The notes: generated by a model not told the origin, from the sequence alone. 64,000 nt of DNA from an uncultured Verrucomicrobiae bacterium (GCA_963828525.1 CAWHEP010000005.1:128001-192000); one strand, 5' to 3'; positions 23,742 to 37,244 are shown, counted from the first letter of the stretch. Program-made: numbers and translations.

Positions 23742-26718
23742 TTAGGGGCGAGGAGCGGGCGACGGAGGGCTGAGGGCGAAGGCTTCGTAGCGCGTGAGCT
23801 TCAGTTGGTCGGGCTTGTTCCCATAGATGTCGAACACGACAAGGTCATTGGTGCCCTCCTTGATCCAGCATTCGGGCATATACATGGGATACATTCGCGG
23901 CGGGTTCTGCGGCGATTCGCCAATGTTGTGGCCGTTGAGCCAGACGTGGCCAGCCTTCAGCCCGGTAGTGTCGAGGCCGACGGTCTGCACGGCGTTGGGC
24001 GTCTTGTGCCAGCCGAACTGGCACTTCCAGAAGGTGGGTTGATTCGCCAGCGTGGAAGAGCCCGTCTGCCACGGGACCTGTGAAAGAAAATCGTCCCAGT
24101 TCGTGACGCGCCCGATGATGGCCGTCTCGTCGAGATCATCAAGACCGCCGTGGAACTGCCAGGTCCCATGCGCAAGCGGCGAGTTGTGCCACAGGCTCAA
24201 GCCGAGCTGGCCGGTGTCGCCGCCGAGCCGGCTTTGGATCCGGATGAGGACCGTGTTCTTGCCGGGGATGAGGAGCTTGGAGGCGTCCGCCGTGTGGTCC
24301 GGCAGCAACTGGCCATTGAGATAGACGGTGACGTCTGGAGGTGGCCCGCCTCGTTTCCCCTTCGGGGCTGGGGCCGGATCGAATTGGGGCGTTTCCAGCA
24401 TCGAATCGACTTGGGCCGGGGTGACGTTAAAGACGCCACGATACCATGAGTCGCCGCGCGGTAACTTGAGGGCGAGGGCCGCGGGGTCGACGGCGGACCA
24501 AGCCGACTCGTCAGTACTCAGGCTTGGCCAAGGCGGCCGGATCGGCGCCCTTGGGGGCCGTGTCCCATTTCTTCCAACTCACATCGACCCGCGTCGCAGC
24601 CGAATCCGCAGAGACGCCGCCCCAAATTCCGCGCGCCGTCCGCATGCCGATCAGTTCACGGTACACGTTCTTGGATCGGGGGGACGCCTTGACAAGAATG
24701 GCCAGGGTATTGTCGCCCGGCTGGGCGTTCGGGAATGTAAGCGAGCGGGACTTGCCGTAGTTCAGAGTGGTCGTTACGCCGGGTCGGCCGTTCAGGTACG
24801 GGACGAACGTCCCGGACTGCCCACCAAAGTGAAAGGATAAGGGGCCGGCTTTATCCGCATGCAGAGTGGCCCGATACCAACCGTAGCGGTTCTGGAAGCT
24901 GTCGTATGTTTCCATGGGCTGCGGGCCGCTTGAGGAAATCCACTTCGCAGTTTCAACTTTAGCGCCGCGTTCTGGGGCGGCATCGCGCCACGACCAGTTC
25001 GCCAGCACAGGAAGACCCGGGACGGTGGCCGCAGCCTGCGTCATCGCCGACTTTCCCGAAGCCGCGTAGATCGTGGCCTTGCCGCCCTCTGGCGGAAATT
25101 CCAGGCTGCCATCTTCCAAAACGAAGGAAGGCCCGAGGTAGATATTGCCGCGCGCCAGCCACGCGCGGTTCGTCATTTCCGTATTCATGACGAGCAGGGC
25201 GGCACGATGACCGTCACCCGAATCGACCTTGATTTCGGAGACGGCATCACCAGCGGGGTAGGTGAAATCAAACTGGCTGGGACCCGTCCCCGGCGTTTTA
25301 AGCTTGAGCGTGACCTCACCCGACTCTCCGGTCGGACCGTAGCAGATCCAGTAGTCGGTCTGGCCGATCGTCTGGCGCGCAAGGACGTTGGTGCAGACCG
25401 ACTCGAACGAGGCGTTCGGTGTCCAAGGCACGTTGAGCAGGATCGTGCGCGGCTCGGCCGTGCCGACGCTGAAACTGCCCTTGTGCGGCAACGTCAACCC
25501 ACCCGCAGTGACATGCGTCCCCAACGTGATGTTGGCATCGAGGGCGGGCGCCGCGCCGGCCGCCGGCATCGGCCCGCGCAGGAAATGATCTACCATGATA
25601 AAGCTGCCTTGCGTCGGATTAGTGCGCGCGGTGACGCGGAGTGCCGACTGGTCGCAGGCCGCGAGCCCAGGATCATTATGGCTGCCGGCAATTAAAGGCG
25701 TGAAGCTCTGCGCGAAACAGGCCGCGCGGCGGGCGAAAAAATAGAAGTTGTGCAACTGCCCGGCTTCACCGACCGGCGCGGAATAATCATAGGAGACGCC
25801 GGGCCGTGACCCATCGCCGGAGTAGCCGAGATTCGTGCCGCCATGTGCCATGTAGTAGTTGTAGCCAGCCCCTCCGAAAGCGATGATTTTCCAGGTGCCG
25901 CGGACCTTTTGGTCGAGCGGGCTCTTATCCATGTCGCCGTAATGGCCGGCATAGTAGGTCCAGAACTCGGTGCTGTACCATGGGGTCGGATTAACTCGGA
26001 ACGGCGCGTCGCCCGAAGGGTCGTGGCTGTGATGGAGACCTGAGTTGAAAGTCGGCACCTCAATCCGGTTTCGGTCGGCCTGGTCGTCCAGATATTTCAG
26101 GTAGGGATCGATGACCTGGGTGCCCCAGCCATTGGAGTGCTCGTTTTCAAGCTGAACCATGAACACGCTGCCGCCATGATGGAGCTGATGCTTGGCCACG
26201 ATCTTCTCGACCTTATCCAGATACGGGTCGGAGTAAGCCACTGACGGCCCCATTTCACGCCCGAACATCCCGGGCTTGACGGTCACCCACGCAGGATAAC
26301 CGCCCAATTCCCACTCCGCGCAGGCGTACGGCCCTACGCGCTCTAGGCCATACATGTTCATGTCCTGGAGGAGTGACAGCCACGCGTCGAGATCGTTGTT
26401 GTCGCTGAAATCCCATTGCCCTTCCCTGGGCTCGGCGGCGTTCCAAAAGATGTAGGACTGGACGGCGTTAAAACCCATCATCTTGAGACGCCAGATGCGG
26501 TCGCGCCACAGCTCGCGCGGGACGCGGGCGTAATGAATGGAGCCGGAGCTGATGAAGGCCGGTTTGCCGTTGATGACGAAGTACCCGTCCTTCCAATGGA
26601 TTGCGTCCTGGGCCGCTGCCTTCGGGGGAAAGATTTCCTCCGCGCTGCCCTGGGCCGTGGCCTGGGCTGCGCGCGTGAGAAGAAGGACTGCGGCGAGGAA
26701 AAGGGCGCGGTATATCAT
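23742..26718 (-). CDS. GH35 beta-galactosidase (frameshift near 24.5 kb)
   Basis: SGSIHYARVP, GPYACAEW..GGYPAW, VQLENE, YYMAHGGTN, SYDYSAP; C-terminal GHVWLNGHNIG. Confidence 0.9.
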
Positions 26719-27153
26719 GGCGGGGGAAGTGGCACCGTTTTCGAGTAAAGCACACTGGCGCGTAAAAGTTGCAGGGATTCTGCGCGTAGGCCTGTTTGCG
26801 CCTGAGGGCTTCGGGTTAGTTCCGCGTGTCACGGGCTCAATGCACACGGCGGCTCCGCCGCCAGAAAGCTTCGTCGGCGAGGTGATGCGCTCCCAGCCAA
26901 GCGGCGGCAAGCACCTCAGAAGTCTTTCTTTCGTCGGACGAACCGAACGGCGTGTTCCTGTTGCGGTTGCCTTGGCGGACGTTCATTCCCGTCGACGCCG
27001 TTCGAAAAATTGAGATCCGCAGAATTCTCGTTGTAAGTTGTGCACAATAGGACTCGTGTTTTTTCCCATCTTCGCGCTTTCTGTACGGCCTTCAGGCGAG
27101 ACCGTAGAACTCAATTGTGCTTCGATTGTCAGATGCCATATTAACCCGGCAAA

Positions 27154-27225
27154 GTCCCCGTAGTTCAACGGATAGAACGGAGGTTTCCTAAACCTTAGAT
27201 GTGGGTTCGATTCCCGCCGGGGACA
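27154..27225 (+). tRNA. tRNA-Arg (anticodon CCT)
   Basis: GTCCCCG acceptor stem pairs with CGGGGAC; anticodon loop TTCCTAA; GGTTCGATTCC T-arm; CCA not encoded. Confidence 0.95.
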
Positions 27226-27265
27226 TTCTTTCGCCAATCCCCGGCGAATCCTTTTTACTCGATAA

Positions 27266-28146
27266 ATGTCTGCTTCTTCTTTAGACCGCGAGATTTCCAT
27301 CCGTGTTCCCGCAACCACCGCGAACCTTGGACCCGGATATGACTGTCTCGGTGTCGCTCTGGGAATATCAAACATTGTCACCGTTGGACCATCCACGGGG
27401 GAGGCACATTCTGCCATGGTCTCGGCTGCGGCTGCCGCTTTCTTCGAGGCGTCAAATGTTGATCCGGTCGTTTTCGGGTTGAAGGTCAAGGGCGACGTTC
27501 CGAGCGCGCGCGGCCTCGGCAGCAGCGTCACTGTCCGACTGGGTCTTCTGCATGGACTCAATGAGCTGCATGGGCGGCCGCTCTCGAAGCGGAAGCTGTT
27601 TGCTCTCTGCGCCGCGCTGGAGGGCCACCCTGACAATGCCGCTCCCGCCGCGTTCGGGGGGTTCACTATTGCTCGCGCCGGTGATCCCGAGTGCATCCGT
27701 TTCGATGTCCTTCCTTCGCTCCGGTTTATCTTGCTCATCCCAGACTTCGAGGTCTCGACGCCGAGCGCGCGCGGGCTCTCCCCGCGCAAGTTCCGCTCTC
27801 TGACGCTGCCAGGGGCGCGGGCAACGCTTGCCGGATTGCGGCCGCGTTCGCCACCCAGGATTACGATCTCCTGCGCGGGAGCTTCCGGGACTATCTCCAC
27901 CAGCCGTACAGGCTGCCGCTGGTGCCGTTCCTCGACGATGTTATTCGCGCCGGAGAGTCGGCTGGCGCGATTGGCGGTTTTCTAAGTGGTTCCGGTTCGA
28001 CTGTCGCTTGTGTGACGCTGGATTCGCCCGAAGCGGTTGCGCGAGCCATGCTGGACGCGTCGCGTTGCCCGGGAGCCAGGACGGTTGTTACCCATGCGGA
28101 TAACCGGGGCGCTAGAGTTACGGAACCCGGGGCTGGCGGCTCGTAG
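27266..28146 (+). CDS. thrB: Homoserine kinase (frameshift near 27.78 kb)
   Basis: VPATTANLGPGYDCLG, ARGLGSS, EGHPDN, LSGSGS. Confidence 0.93.
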
Positions 28147-29337
28147 ATGCGGCGCTGGCTGGAACAGTTCGAGCAGTTCGCGATCGATGTCATCCTGGAG
28201 CGCAGGTATGGCAAGCGGGCGCTCCTTCTAAGGCTCCTGCTTCACCTGTTCTCATACGGCTATCTTGCCGCGGTTGAAACCCGCCTCTACCTGTACCGAA
28301 AACGCTTTCTCCGCGAGGCGCAACTGGGCTGTCTCGTGATCAGTATCGGCAATCTCACCGTGGGCGGCACCGGAAAAACACCTGTGGTGGAGAAGTTCGC
28401 GCGAGCCTTGCAAAGCGGCGGGCGGCGGGTGGCAATTCTGAGCCGGGGATACAAAAGCAAGCAGCCGCCTCTCCTGCGGCGTCTGATGCGGAGATTCGGT
28501 TCGAAGAAGGACTACAAGCCGCGCATTGTTTCGGACGGGCGCTCCATTCTGCTCGATTCGCGCGCTGCGGGCGACGAGCCCTATATGCTTGCCGTGAACC
28601 TGAAGGACGTGATCGTGCTGGTGGATAAGGATCGCGTCCGAGCGGGCGCCTACGCCATCGATAAGATGAATGTGGACACCCTCGTCCTCGACGATGGCTT
28701 GCAGTATCTCCACCTAAAACACCGCCTCGATATCGTCCTGATAGATCGGCAGGCCCCTTTTGGAAATGAATATCTCCTTCCCAGAGGCACGCTGCGCGAA
28801 CGCCCTAAAAACCTGAGGCGCGCCAGCTACATCTTCATAACGAAGACGACTCCGGAGGGAAACGAGGAACTCATCCGGCGCATTCGCAAGTATAATCGCA
28901 CGGCCGAGATCATCGAGTGCGCGCACCGTCCTCTATACCTGCAGCACGTGTATGATGACAAACAGCTTCCCCTCGACTACCTCAAGGGGAGGCACGTCGG
29001 CGCCCTCAGCGGGATCGCGGCCCCGGACAGTTTCGAGTCCGCCCTCACAAAGCTCGGGGCGAAGATTGACATGGCGCGGCATTTTACCGATCACCACCGT
29101 TTCTCTCATAAAGAGGTGCTTAATTTCATCAGCCGATGCGGAAGGCGCGACCTGGACGCGATCATTACCACCGAGAAAGATTCCGTGCGCTTGCCTCGCA
29201 TGGAAAAGCTGGAAGTACCGATTTACTTCTTGCGCGTGGAGATCGAAATCCTCACCGGCCACCAGAGTTGGCAGCAATGCGTCGACCGCATCTGCAAGCC
29301 GCAACCGCTTATTCCCGCGCAGCGCTTCTTCGGCTAA
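28147..29337 (+). CDS. lpxK: Tetraacyldisaccharide 4'-kinase
   Basis: [34 protein letters not shown]. Confidence 0.95.
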   Translation: MRRWLEQFEQFAIDVILERRYGKRALLLRLLLHLFSYGYLAAVETRLYLYRKRFLREAQLGCLVISIGNLTVGGTGKTPVVEKFARALQSGGRRVAILSRGYKSKQPPLLRRLMRRFGSKKDYKPRIVSDGRSILLDSRAAGDEPYMLAVNLKDVIVLVDKDRVRAGAYAIDKMNVDTLVLDDGLQYLHLKHRLDIVLIDRQAPFGNEYLLPRGTLRERPKNLRRASYIFITKTTPEGNEELIRRIRKYNRTAEIIECAHRPLYLQHVYDDKQLPLDYLKGRHVGALSGIAAPDSFESALTKLGAKIDMARHFTDHHRFSHKEVLNFISRCGRRDLDAIITTEKDSVRLPRMEKLEVPIYFLRVEIEILTGHQSWQQCVDRICKPQPLIPAQRFFG

Positions 29338-29338
29338 C

Positions 29339-30231
29339 TCACTGCCTCGACCCGCGAGCCAAGGTTCGCTCGCAAGCCAGGATGGTGTTCGAAATCAGCA
29401 TCGCAATCGTCATGGGCCCAACACCTCCCGGCACCGGGGTAATCGCGGAAGTTTTGGGCGCGACTTCCTCAAAGGCGACATCCCCAACCAGGCGGTAGCC
29501 TTTCTCTTGAGAAGGATCTTCCTTGCGATTGATCCCGACATCGATCACGACCGCCCCTTTGCGAACGTGGCCCGATTTCACGAATTCCGGTTGCCCGATC
29601 GCGGCGATCAAAATATCCGCTGAGCGCGTGATCTCTTCCAGTCCACGGCTGCGTGAATGAGCGACAGTGACCGTGGCGTCGGCGTCCGTCCCTTTCCGCA
29701 TGAGGAGCATCGCGAGCGGTTTCCCCACAATCATGCTGCGGCCAAGAACCACCACTCGCGCGCCGGAGATCGTTATTCCGCTCTCGACGAGTAATCGCTG
29801 GCAACCCAGGGGGTACAGGGCACAAACCCGGTGTCATCCCCCATCGCCAGCTTAGCCACGTTGATCGGGTGAAAACCGTCCACATCCTTGCAAGGCTCAA
29901 TTCGTTCTACGATGGCCTGTTCATCGATGTGCGGCGGTGGCGGCGACTGCACCAGGATGCCGTGGATCGACTCATCCGCGTTCAGCGCGAGCACGATGTC
30001 TTCGAGTTCGCGCTGCGTAGTCTCGATGGGCAGTTCCTTCTTCACCGAATGGAGGCCCAGTTCGCGGCAGATGCGATCCTTGGAACGCACGTAGGATCGC
30101 GATGCCGGGTTGTCCCCCACGAGCACCACGGCAAGCCCTGGCGTGATACCGCGCGCTTTTAACGCTTCGACCTTCGCTCTGGATTCCGCGTGGATGCGAG
30201 CGGCAATTTCCTGCCCTTTGATCAGTTTCAC
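29339..30231 (-). CDS. folD: Methylenetetrahydrofolate dehydrogenase/cyclohydrolase (frameshifted)
   Basis: [32 protein letters not shown]. Confidence 0.93.
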
Positions 30232-30236
30232 AGCTT

Positions 30237-30900
30237 CTAAATCTCCTTTGGTTGCAATATCTGTTCAAGCGCGGAGCGATCTTCTTCGAACTCCCCTTCG
30301 GATTGCGCGCGCCGCGCCCAGAATAACGGTTTGAACGTGATGTCCGCGCGCGTGAAGGGGAGGGGGATCATGAATCCATCCCACCCGCGTAATCGAACGC
30401 AGCGTGAGGTACTCGACGTGGATCGGCATAATCGGACAATCCGCTTTTTGGGCCAGGAAGATGAGCCCCTGCCCGAGCCGGTAGCGGGGGCCTCGGGGAC
30501 CATCTGGAGTGATGACGACGTCCTTTCCCTCCTCAAGATATTTCGTGAGTTCCAGTAGCGCTGTCGCGCCGCGGCGTGAGCTGGAGCCGCGCACGGAAGG
30601 CACGCCAAAATGCTTCATAAACTCCTCGAGTATCGCGCCGTCCCTGCTCGGGCTTGTAAGCACTACCGCTCCTTTTGGGTTGCGATTGTGGCGCTCACAG
30701 ATGAGCGGCATCAAGAGCATCCTGTTATGCCAAAACGCGAAGATATGTTGTCTGCCACCCGTGCCGGAAAAGTACTCGGCTTCGTCCTTGATGTTGATTC
30801 TCAACGTCCAGCCCAGCGCCCGGAGGAGCACAGATCCCAGCCATGACAGAAACCGCTGCTTGAATCGCGCGCGCTGGAAGTGAGTGGGCGACCGGCGCAC
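30237..30900 (-). CDS. DUF374 lysophospholipid acyltransferase family protein (frameshifted)
   Basis: AFWHNR, SRDG, VRGSSSRRG, TPDGPRGP. Confidence 0.88.
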
Positions 30901-30906
30901 TGGCGA

Positions 30907-31455
30907 TCAACCCTTGATGGCGACTCCGTGACTTGAGCGCCCTCTCGATTTGCGGCGTCTCCGGCGCGTCGGTTGATCCCTCGGCTTCACCTCCGAGCTC
31001 CTGACCCTGCGCCTGCGCAGGTCGCGCGAATTCACGCTCAAACGATTCGAAGATGGCCTGCCGGCGACGACGGTCGCGCAGGCGACTACAACGCCCAGCC
31101 CCGCCAGGACGGCGAGGGGAGACATGCCTCCGCCTGTATTCACGGGCGAATCGGAAACATCCTCGGCTTTCGTGGATGACTCGAAGCGGGAGAAGGGCAG
31201 AAGTTTCACTTCGGAGAGATCCTCCGCAAGAGTCACGTCGTTTACGAAGCGGGCCGGCGCGCCGCCATCCACGAAGAAACCGATCTTGAAATTAGTATTC
31301 ACGCTCAAGTTCATTTGGGGAGAGGCCGCGCGAGGTTGCAAACGGATGCGCTCCCCTGCAACGCCACTCTCCAGAGCCTGGTCCCCGTGTGATGCGCTGG
31401 TGAACAACAGAGCGCCGATAATGAGGGCAAGCAAGGCGCGGGCATTCGACGACAT
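30907..31455 (-). CDS. Hypothetical exported/membrane protein
   Basis: Signal peptide, C-terminal TM helix followed by an Arg-rich tail. Confidence 0.5.
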   Translation of the reverse strand: MSSNARALLALIIGALLFTSASHGDQALESGVAGERIRLQPRAASPQMNLSVNTNFKIGFFVDGGAPARFVNDVTLAEDLSEVKLLPFSRFESSTKAEDVSDSPVNTGGGMSPLAVLAGLGVVVACATVVAGRPSSNRLSVNSRDLRRRRVRSSEVKPRDQPTRRRRRKSRGRSSHGVAIKG

Positions 31456-31576
31456 CGTTAATCCATACTGAACAATCGCTCAAAGGCGAGCGGAATTCAG
31501 AAAGCGCGTCCGTCCGGATCACAGGATTGCGCGTTGGCGCGTGCCTCCTGTTGCGAGTCATCCAAAAAGGCTGTGC

Positions 31577-33792
31577 TCACCCTGCCGCCAACGCGATGTC
31601 CCTGCACTTGCCCAAGTCCAGCTTCCCGGATCCCAAAACCGGAATGTCGCTGACTCTCACAACTTTTTTCGGTATCCAAAGGCTGGGAATGCCCGCCGCC
31701 AGCAAGCTGCCCCGCACCTCCCCGAGATCGACTTCTCCGAACGCTCAGCAGAATGACCGCTTCGCCCTTCGCCTCATCGGGAATACCGACTACGGTGATG
31801 GTCTTTTCCGAGTCCGAAGAATGGCCAAGCGCCTTCGCGATGGCGGCTTCCAGCGTCTCGTGCGGCACCATCTCTCCCCCGATCTTCGAGAATCGGCTCA
31901 GCCGGCCTTCAATATGCAGGAATCCATCCTCATCGAACCGGCCGAAGTCGCCCGTATTAAACCAGCCATCCACAAGCACATGCCCGGTACGCTCCGGGTC
32001 GTCGAGATAGCCCTCAAAGATATTAGGGCCCTTCAGCCAGAGCATCCCGCTCTCATGCAGCGATAGCGCGGTGCCCGAATCAGGGTCACGAATTTGCGCG
32101 GCGATCCCTGACGCCAGTTTTCCTGCCGTTCCCGCTCTGCTTGATGGCTGCACAGAGTCGTTTGCGCGGCTGGGAAGCGGCTCAGGCAGGTTTACGCTGA
32201 CGACAGGCGAGGTCTCAGTGAGCCCGTATCCTTCCATGACATTTTTTCCAAACCGGTCGAAAAAGGCTTCCCGTAATTCTTTCGGAAGTTTCTCCGCGCC
32301 TGTCACGATGAGATCCAGCGTCTCGATCTGTTTTTTCTCCGCTTTCCTGAGGTAACCACGCAGGAACGTGGGGGTCGCCAGAAGGAGCGTGATTCCATGG
32401 CGCTCGATCAACGCGGCCGTTTTTGGAATATCCAGCGGGTTCGGATAGGTTACTACCCGCACTCCCTCGATCATTGGGTACCAAAGCGTGACGGTGCAGC
32501 CAAAGCTGTGGAAGAACGGAAGGCACGCCAGCACGGAGTCGTGTGGCTTCAAGCTCAGCATCATCGAGAACTGTGAGACGTTGCCGATCAAGTTGCGGTG
32601 GCTCAGCACCACCCCTTTGGGTTCTCCTGAACTGCCGCTCGTGAACAGCACTACCGCTTCCTCATGATCGCCCTTTTTGGGCAGCCCCAGCAGGGCGGTC
32701 AGCGCTCGCCATGGCAGTAGAAAAACCATCACTCGCCAAAAAACCACCCGCCCCTTCAATCCAGGCGCGATCTCGTCGAGGAGGATGAGGTCTTCCGGCC
32801 AGGGGAATTCGGTGAACCTCTTCCGCGCGGGTCCGGCCGTTATAACCTTCTTGATCTTGGCAATCCGTATCGCCGATACCAGCGCGGGACGCCCGGACGT
32901 GAAGTTCAAATTCACCGGCACCTTCCCGGCCAGCAGCGCGCCGAGATTCGCGAGAATCGCTCCCCGGCCTGCCGGCAGGACTATTCCCAAACGCTTCTCC
33001 CCACCTGCGGTCGCGCGAAGGTACCTTGAAAAGGCGATCCCCGCCGCCAGCAAGGTGCCGCGCGACATTCGGCTGTCGTCCATCCCGTCGATCACCGCTG
33101 TGTCAAACTGACGGTGTTTCAAACCGCGAAGGCACGCCTCCGCCAGGTGGCCGCGCAGGATGGGTCGCTGCTGATAGCAGAACTCGCCCAACTGGAGAAA
33201 TTCCTCCCTCACCCTCGCGATGTCGGCATCCTCCGCCGAAAGTGCCTTTCCGAAGGCCACCGCTACTGGATAGGGAAAATGCCGCGGTATTTTCCGGAAG
33301 TAGCGCCCGCCATAAAAGGAGAAGATCGATCCCCACAACTGGTCGAGCCAGACCGGAACCACAGGAGCCTGAGCCGAGCGCGCGATCACTTCAAATCCCC
33401 GCTTTAGACGGAGAAGGTTGCCCGTGCGCGAAAGCTCGCCTTCCGGAAATATGCAAACAATCTCGCCCTCCTGTATGTGCTTCACGGCTTCCCGCATGCC
33501 GTCCCGCGCTTTGGCGGGTGAGATCGGGATTGCGCCCAAAAAACGGAACAGAGGGTTTAGAAATCGCTGATTGTAGATCGATTCAAATATCATGAATCGG
33601 ATCGGACGCGGACAAGCCAGTTGCAGCACGATGGCATCCACCCACGTGACGTGATTGGGCAGGAGAAGAAAACCACCCTTCGGAAGATCATCCGCGCCGA
33701 GTGATGTGACGCGGTAAACCGCGCCCGCGACAATGCGCGCCAGCCGGTATGCCAGCCCTTCGAGAAACCCGGGCTGGGGCGTTCTGAACCAT
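31577..33792 (-). CDS. aas: Acyltransferase / acyl-ACP synthetase (Aas-like; frameshifted at both ends)
   Basis: PNHVTW and FPEG acyltransferase motifs; FTSGSSGEPKGV, YGLTETSP, GRLSRFSKIGGEMV AMP-binding motifs. Confidence 0.88.
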
Positions 33793-33815
33793 TCCTGCTG
33801 CTTGCCGCCTGGCTC

Positions 33816-34732
33816 CTAGTCGATTACCTCGAAATTGCTCATCAGCTTGAACAGCTAACGCTTCTCAACCTCATTGGCGATTCAGAGTGCGCAGCCGCTC
33901 CAGGCTGAAGGACTCGACATTAAAGCTCGCCATCACGCTGCCATATACGACTGCTTTGCGGAGATCCGAAAAGCCGACTTCGTTGTTTGCTATGGCTCGC
34001 CAGGTACCGGCAAGGCCCTCCTGCGAACGTGTCGCCCGCTCCGGTTGGATCATGGATGTCTCCAAGTGGGTAAGCTCCGCAGCTAAAGAACGAGTCTTCA
34101 CCGAAAAGCAGGCAGCCATGCTCTCCTTTCTTGATCGCCACATACTTGGGCCCGAGCTTTTGTATTTTGCGTCCAGCCTTTATCAGGCTTGTCTCGCCGG
34201 TCAGTTGGCGCGCCTCTCCATCATTCAAGATCAGGAGGTCCACCCGCTTCAACAACGCCAGAAGCGCTTCCTTTGCGATGTTGATCCAAAGATCCATTGT
34301 ATCCGCTATGATGAAACGCGGCTTCTTCATTTGATCCAGCACATGGCTCTGCAGCGCGGGGGCGATATTCGCGAGCAGCACATAGGGCGTTTCGCCATAT
34401 CCCTCGGGAAGGTCCGGAGTGAAATGCTCGAATACGTTCAATTCCACACTGCGCGTCTCGCGCGTGTTGAAATCCCACGCGTATTCCCCCGACCACCTGA
34501 AAGTCTTGCCGGAGACCACCTGAAGCCCGGTGACATCGATCTTCCGGGATCTCAAAAACTCGATGTGTTTCTCCGGAAAATCAGTCCCCACGATCCCGAC
34601 AAGATTTACTTCCGTGAAGAAGCTTGCGCTTACAGCGGCATACGAGGCGGAACCGCCCAGCAAGTCAGCATGCTCCTCGACGGGTGTTTTTACTGTATCA
34701 AGGCCGATGGAACCAACGACGAGAACTGACAT
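33816..34732 (-). CDS. PfkB-family sugar kinase (frameshifted)
   Basis: LLGGSASY; DPTGAGDTFAGG. Confidence 0.9.
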
Positions 34733-34769
34733 AGGAGAAGAGAAGAGGGAGGCAGGTGAGGGGTTGCTC

Positions 34770-35399
34770 TTAACAATGCGGAGCAGCCGAGGAAAGGATA
34801 TTCTTTGCTTGTCGGGCGTAACCCTCGATATCGGCAGCCAGTAGAATCCCGGAGACGATGACCACGCGACTCGCGCCGGCGGAAAGGACACTGTTCAGGT
34901 TTTCCAGTTTGATGCCGCCGATGCAAAAAATGGGAATGCGCGCTCGCTCGTGGACGCGGCGAATGTCGTCAAGCCCAATGGCCGTGTAATCTGGTTTGGT
35001 CGGAGTCGCAAACAACGGCCCAAATCCGATGTAATCCGCTCCCGACTCTTCCGCCTTCACGGCCTGCTCGAAGCTGTGTGTTGATTTGCCTACGATCCGC
35101 CCCTTCCCGGTGATTTTTCGCGCTTCGGAAACGGACAAATCGTCCTGTCCCACATGCGCGCCATCGGCGGGTATTTCCGGATGATCGTTTACAATGAGCG
35201 GAGCGCCCGCGCTGGTTGTGATCCGCATCAGGCGGCTGGCGATCTTCGCGATCAGCTCTCGCGGCATCGCTTTTGCGCGAAGCTGGAGAATGTCGACCCC
35301 GCCCGCGAGCATGCGTTCCGCCACGCGTTCCACGTCGTGTTCATTGACGTAACCGAGGTCGAGGATCCCATACAGACGGCAATCGCGCAGTTCCCTCAA
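34770..35399 (-). CDS. thiE: Thiamine-phosphate synthase
   Basis: QLRAK, ND, GAHVGQDD, GKSTH, TPTK, IGGI. Confidence 0.92.
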   Translation of the reverse strand: MRELRDCRLYGILDLGYVNEHDVERVAERMLAGGVDILQLRAKAMPRELIAKIASRLMRITTSAGAPLIVNDHPEIPADGAHVGQDDLSVSEARKITGKGRIVGKSTHSFEQAVKAEESGADYIGFGPLFATPTKPDYTAIGLDDIRRVHERARIPIFCIGGIKLENLNSVLSAGASRVVIVSGILLAADIEGYARQAKNILSSAAPHC

Positions 35400-35412
35400 A
35401 GCGTCGCCAAGA

Positions 35413-36776
35413 CTAACGGCTGAATTCCGCCACCCGCACAGATATTACATTTTCGACGAAGCTCGTGCTGTACGTGCCGCGAAGGAAATCCGGGTTGTGC
35501 ATGATGGCTTCCTGAAACGGGATTGTCGTCTTTATCCCCGTGATCATGTATTCCGACAACGCCCTGCTCATGCGAGTGATCGCGTTTTTCCGCGTCGAGC
35601 CCGTCGTGATCACCTTCGCGATCATCGAATCGTAATGCGGCGGCACCGAATACCCGGAGTAAGCGTGGGAGTCGATCCGCACTCCCCGCCCCCCGGCGCG
35701 TAGTACAGGCCAATTTTGCCGGGACTCGGCTGGAAACCATTATAAGGGTCTTCCGCGTTGATGCGGCACTCAATCGCGTGTTGCCTCAGCTTTGCCTTGC
35801 GAATGCTTTCCGAGAGTGGCATTCCCGCCGCCACCCGTATCTGCTCTTTCACAAGGTCAACTCCGTAAGCTTCTTCGGTGATGGTATGCTCCACCTGTAT
35901 GCGGGTGTTCATCTCCATGAAATAGTAATTTCCCGCGTCGTCCACCAGGAACTCAAGGGTTCCTGCCCCTTGGTAGCCCACCTCCTGCGCGAGTCGCACC
36001 GACGCCTGGCCCATCTTCTTTCTTAGGTTTTCTGATAGAAAAGGGGAGGGGCTCTCTTCCACGATCTTTTGATTCCGCCGCTGGATGGAGCAATCCCGCT
36101 CGCCGAGGTGGATCACATTTCCTTGCTCATCCGCCATCACCTGGAACTCGATGTGATGCGGATTCTCGATCATCTTCTCCACGTATACGCCGGCGTTTCC
36201 GAAAGCTTTTTCCGCCTCCATGCGCGCTCCGTGGAACCCTTGGATCAGGCTCACATCATTATGCGCTGGACGCATCCCCTTGCCTCCTCCGCCCGCCACC
36301 GCTTTTATCATCACAGGGTAGCCGATCTTCTTTGCGACCTTCAGCGCCTCTTGTTCGGATTCCACGACTCCTTCGCTGCCAGGGGTCACCGATATTCCTG
36401 CCTTCCGCGCTGTCTCCCTCGCCACGTTTTTGTCACCCATTGACCGGATCGCGCTCGATGGCGGCCCGATGAACTTGATGTTGCAGCTCGCGCAGATTTC
36501 CGCAAAGTGCGCGTTCTCCGCCAGAAAACCGTAGCCGGGGTGAATGGCATCGACGTCTCCGATCTCAGCCGCGCTGATGATCCGGTCGATTTTCAGGTAG
36601 CTGTCGGCGCTTGCGGCCGGGCCTATGCAGATCGCTTCGTCCGCGAGTTGGACATGCAGTGAATCCACATCCGCCTCCGAATAAACGGCCAGCGTCAGGA
36701 CCCCGAGCTCCTTGCAAGCGCGGATCACCCGGAGAGCGATCTCGCCTCGATTGGCGATCAGGACTTTGTTGAACAT
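35413..36776 (-). CDS. accC: Biotin carboxylase (frameshift near 35.69 kb)
   Basis: [34 protein letters not shown]. Confidence 0.95.
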
Positions 36777-36794
36777 TCCTTGCGAGAGGGCGCT

Positions 36795-37244
36795 CTATCG
36801 CACCTTGAAGAGCGGCTGTCCGAACTGCACCGGTGTGCCATTCTCGATGAGTATCTCTCCTACGACGCCCTTCATCTCCGCCTTTATCTCGTTCATCATT
36901 TTCATCGCCTCAATGATGCACACCACCGTGTCCTCGCTCACCTCTTGTCCGACTTCTATATAGGGCGCCGATTCAGGGGACGAAGAGCGATAAAACGTGC
37001 CCACCATGGGCGAAGTGATTTCCCGGCCCGGCGAGGCGCTCTCCTCTTTTGACGCTGGCGTCACGTTCGCTTGCGCGGAGGCCGGAACCGCGGGCACCCC
37101 CGTCACGACCGGGTGCGACGCGATCACAGATCCAAACTCGTTGCGTTTGAGTGTAATTTTAAAGCCCTCCCGCTCCATCTTGAAGACGGAGAGGTCATTC
37201 TTTTTCATGAGGTCAATGAGAGCTTTTATTTCTTTGATGTCCAA
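36795..37244 (-). CDS. accB: Biotin carboxyl carrier protein
   Basis: [13 protein letters not shown] biotinylation motif. Confidence 0.95.
   Translation of the reverse strand: MDIKEIKALIDLMKKNDLSVFKMEREGFKITLKRNEFGSVIASHPVVTGVPAVPASAQANVTPASKEESASPGREITSPMVGTFYRSSSPESAPYIEVGQEVSEDTVVCIIEAMKMMNEIKAEMKGVVGEILIENGTPVQFGQPLFKVR

Noticed and set aside
5992..27225. CAZyme cluster as a tRNA-integrated island
   Set aside because: It lies on the tRNA 5' side; no integrase or duplicated tRNA end noticed
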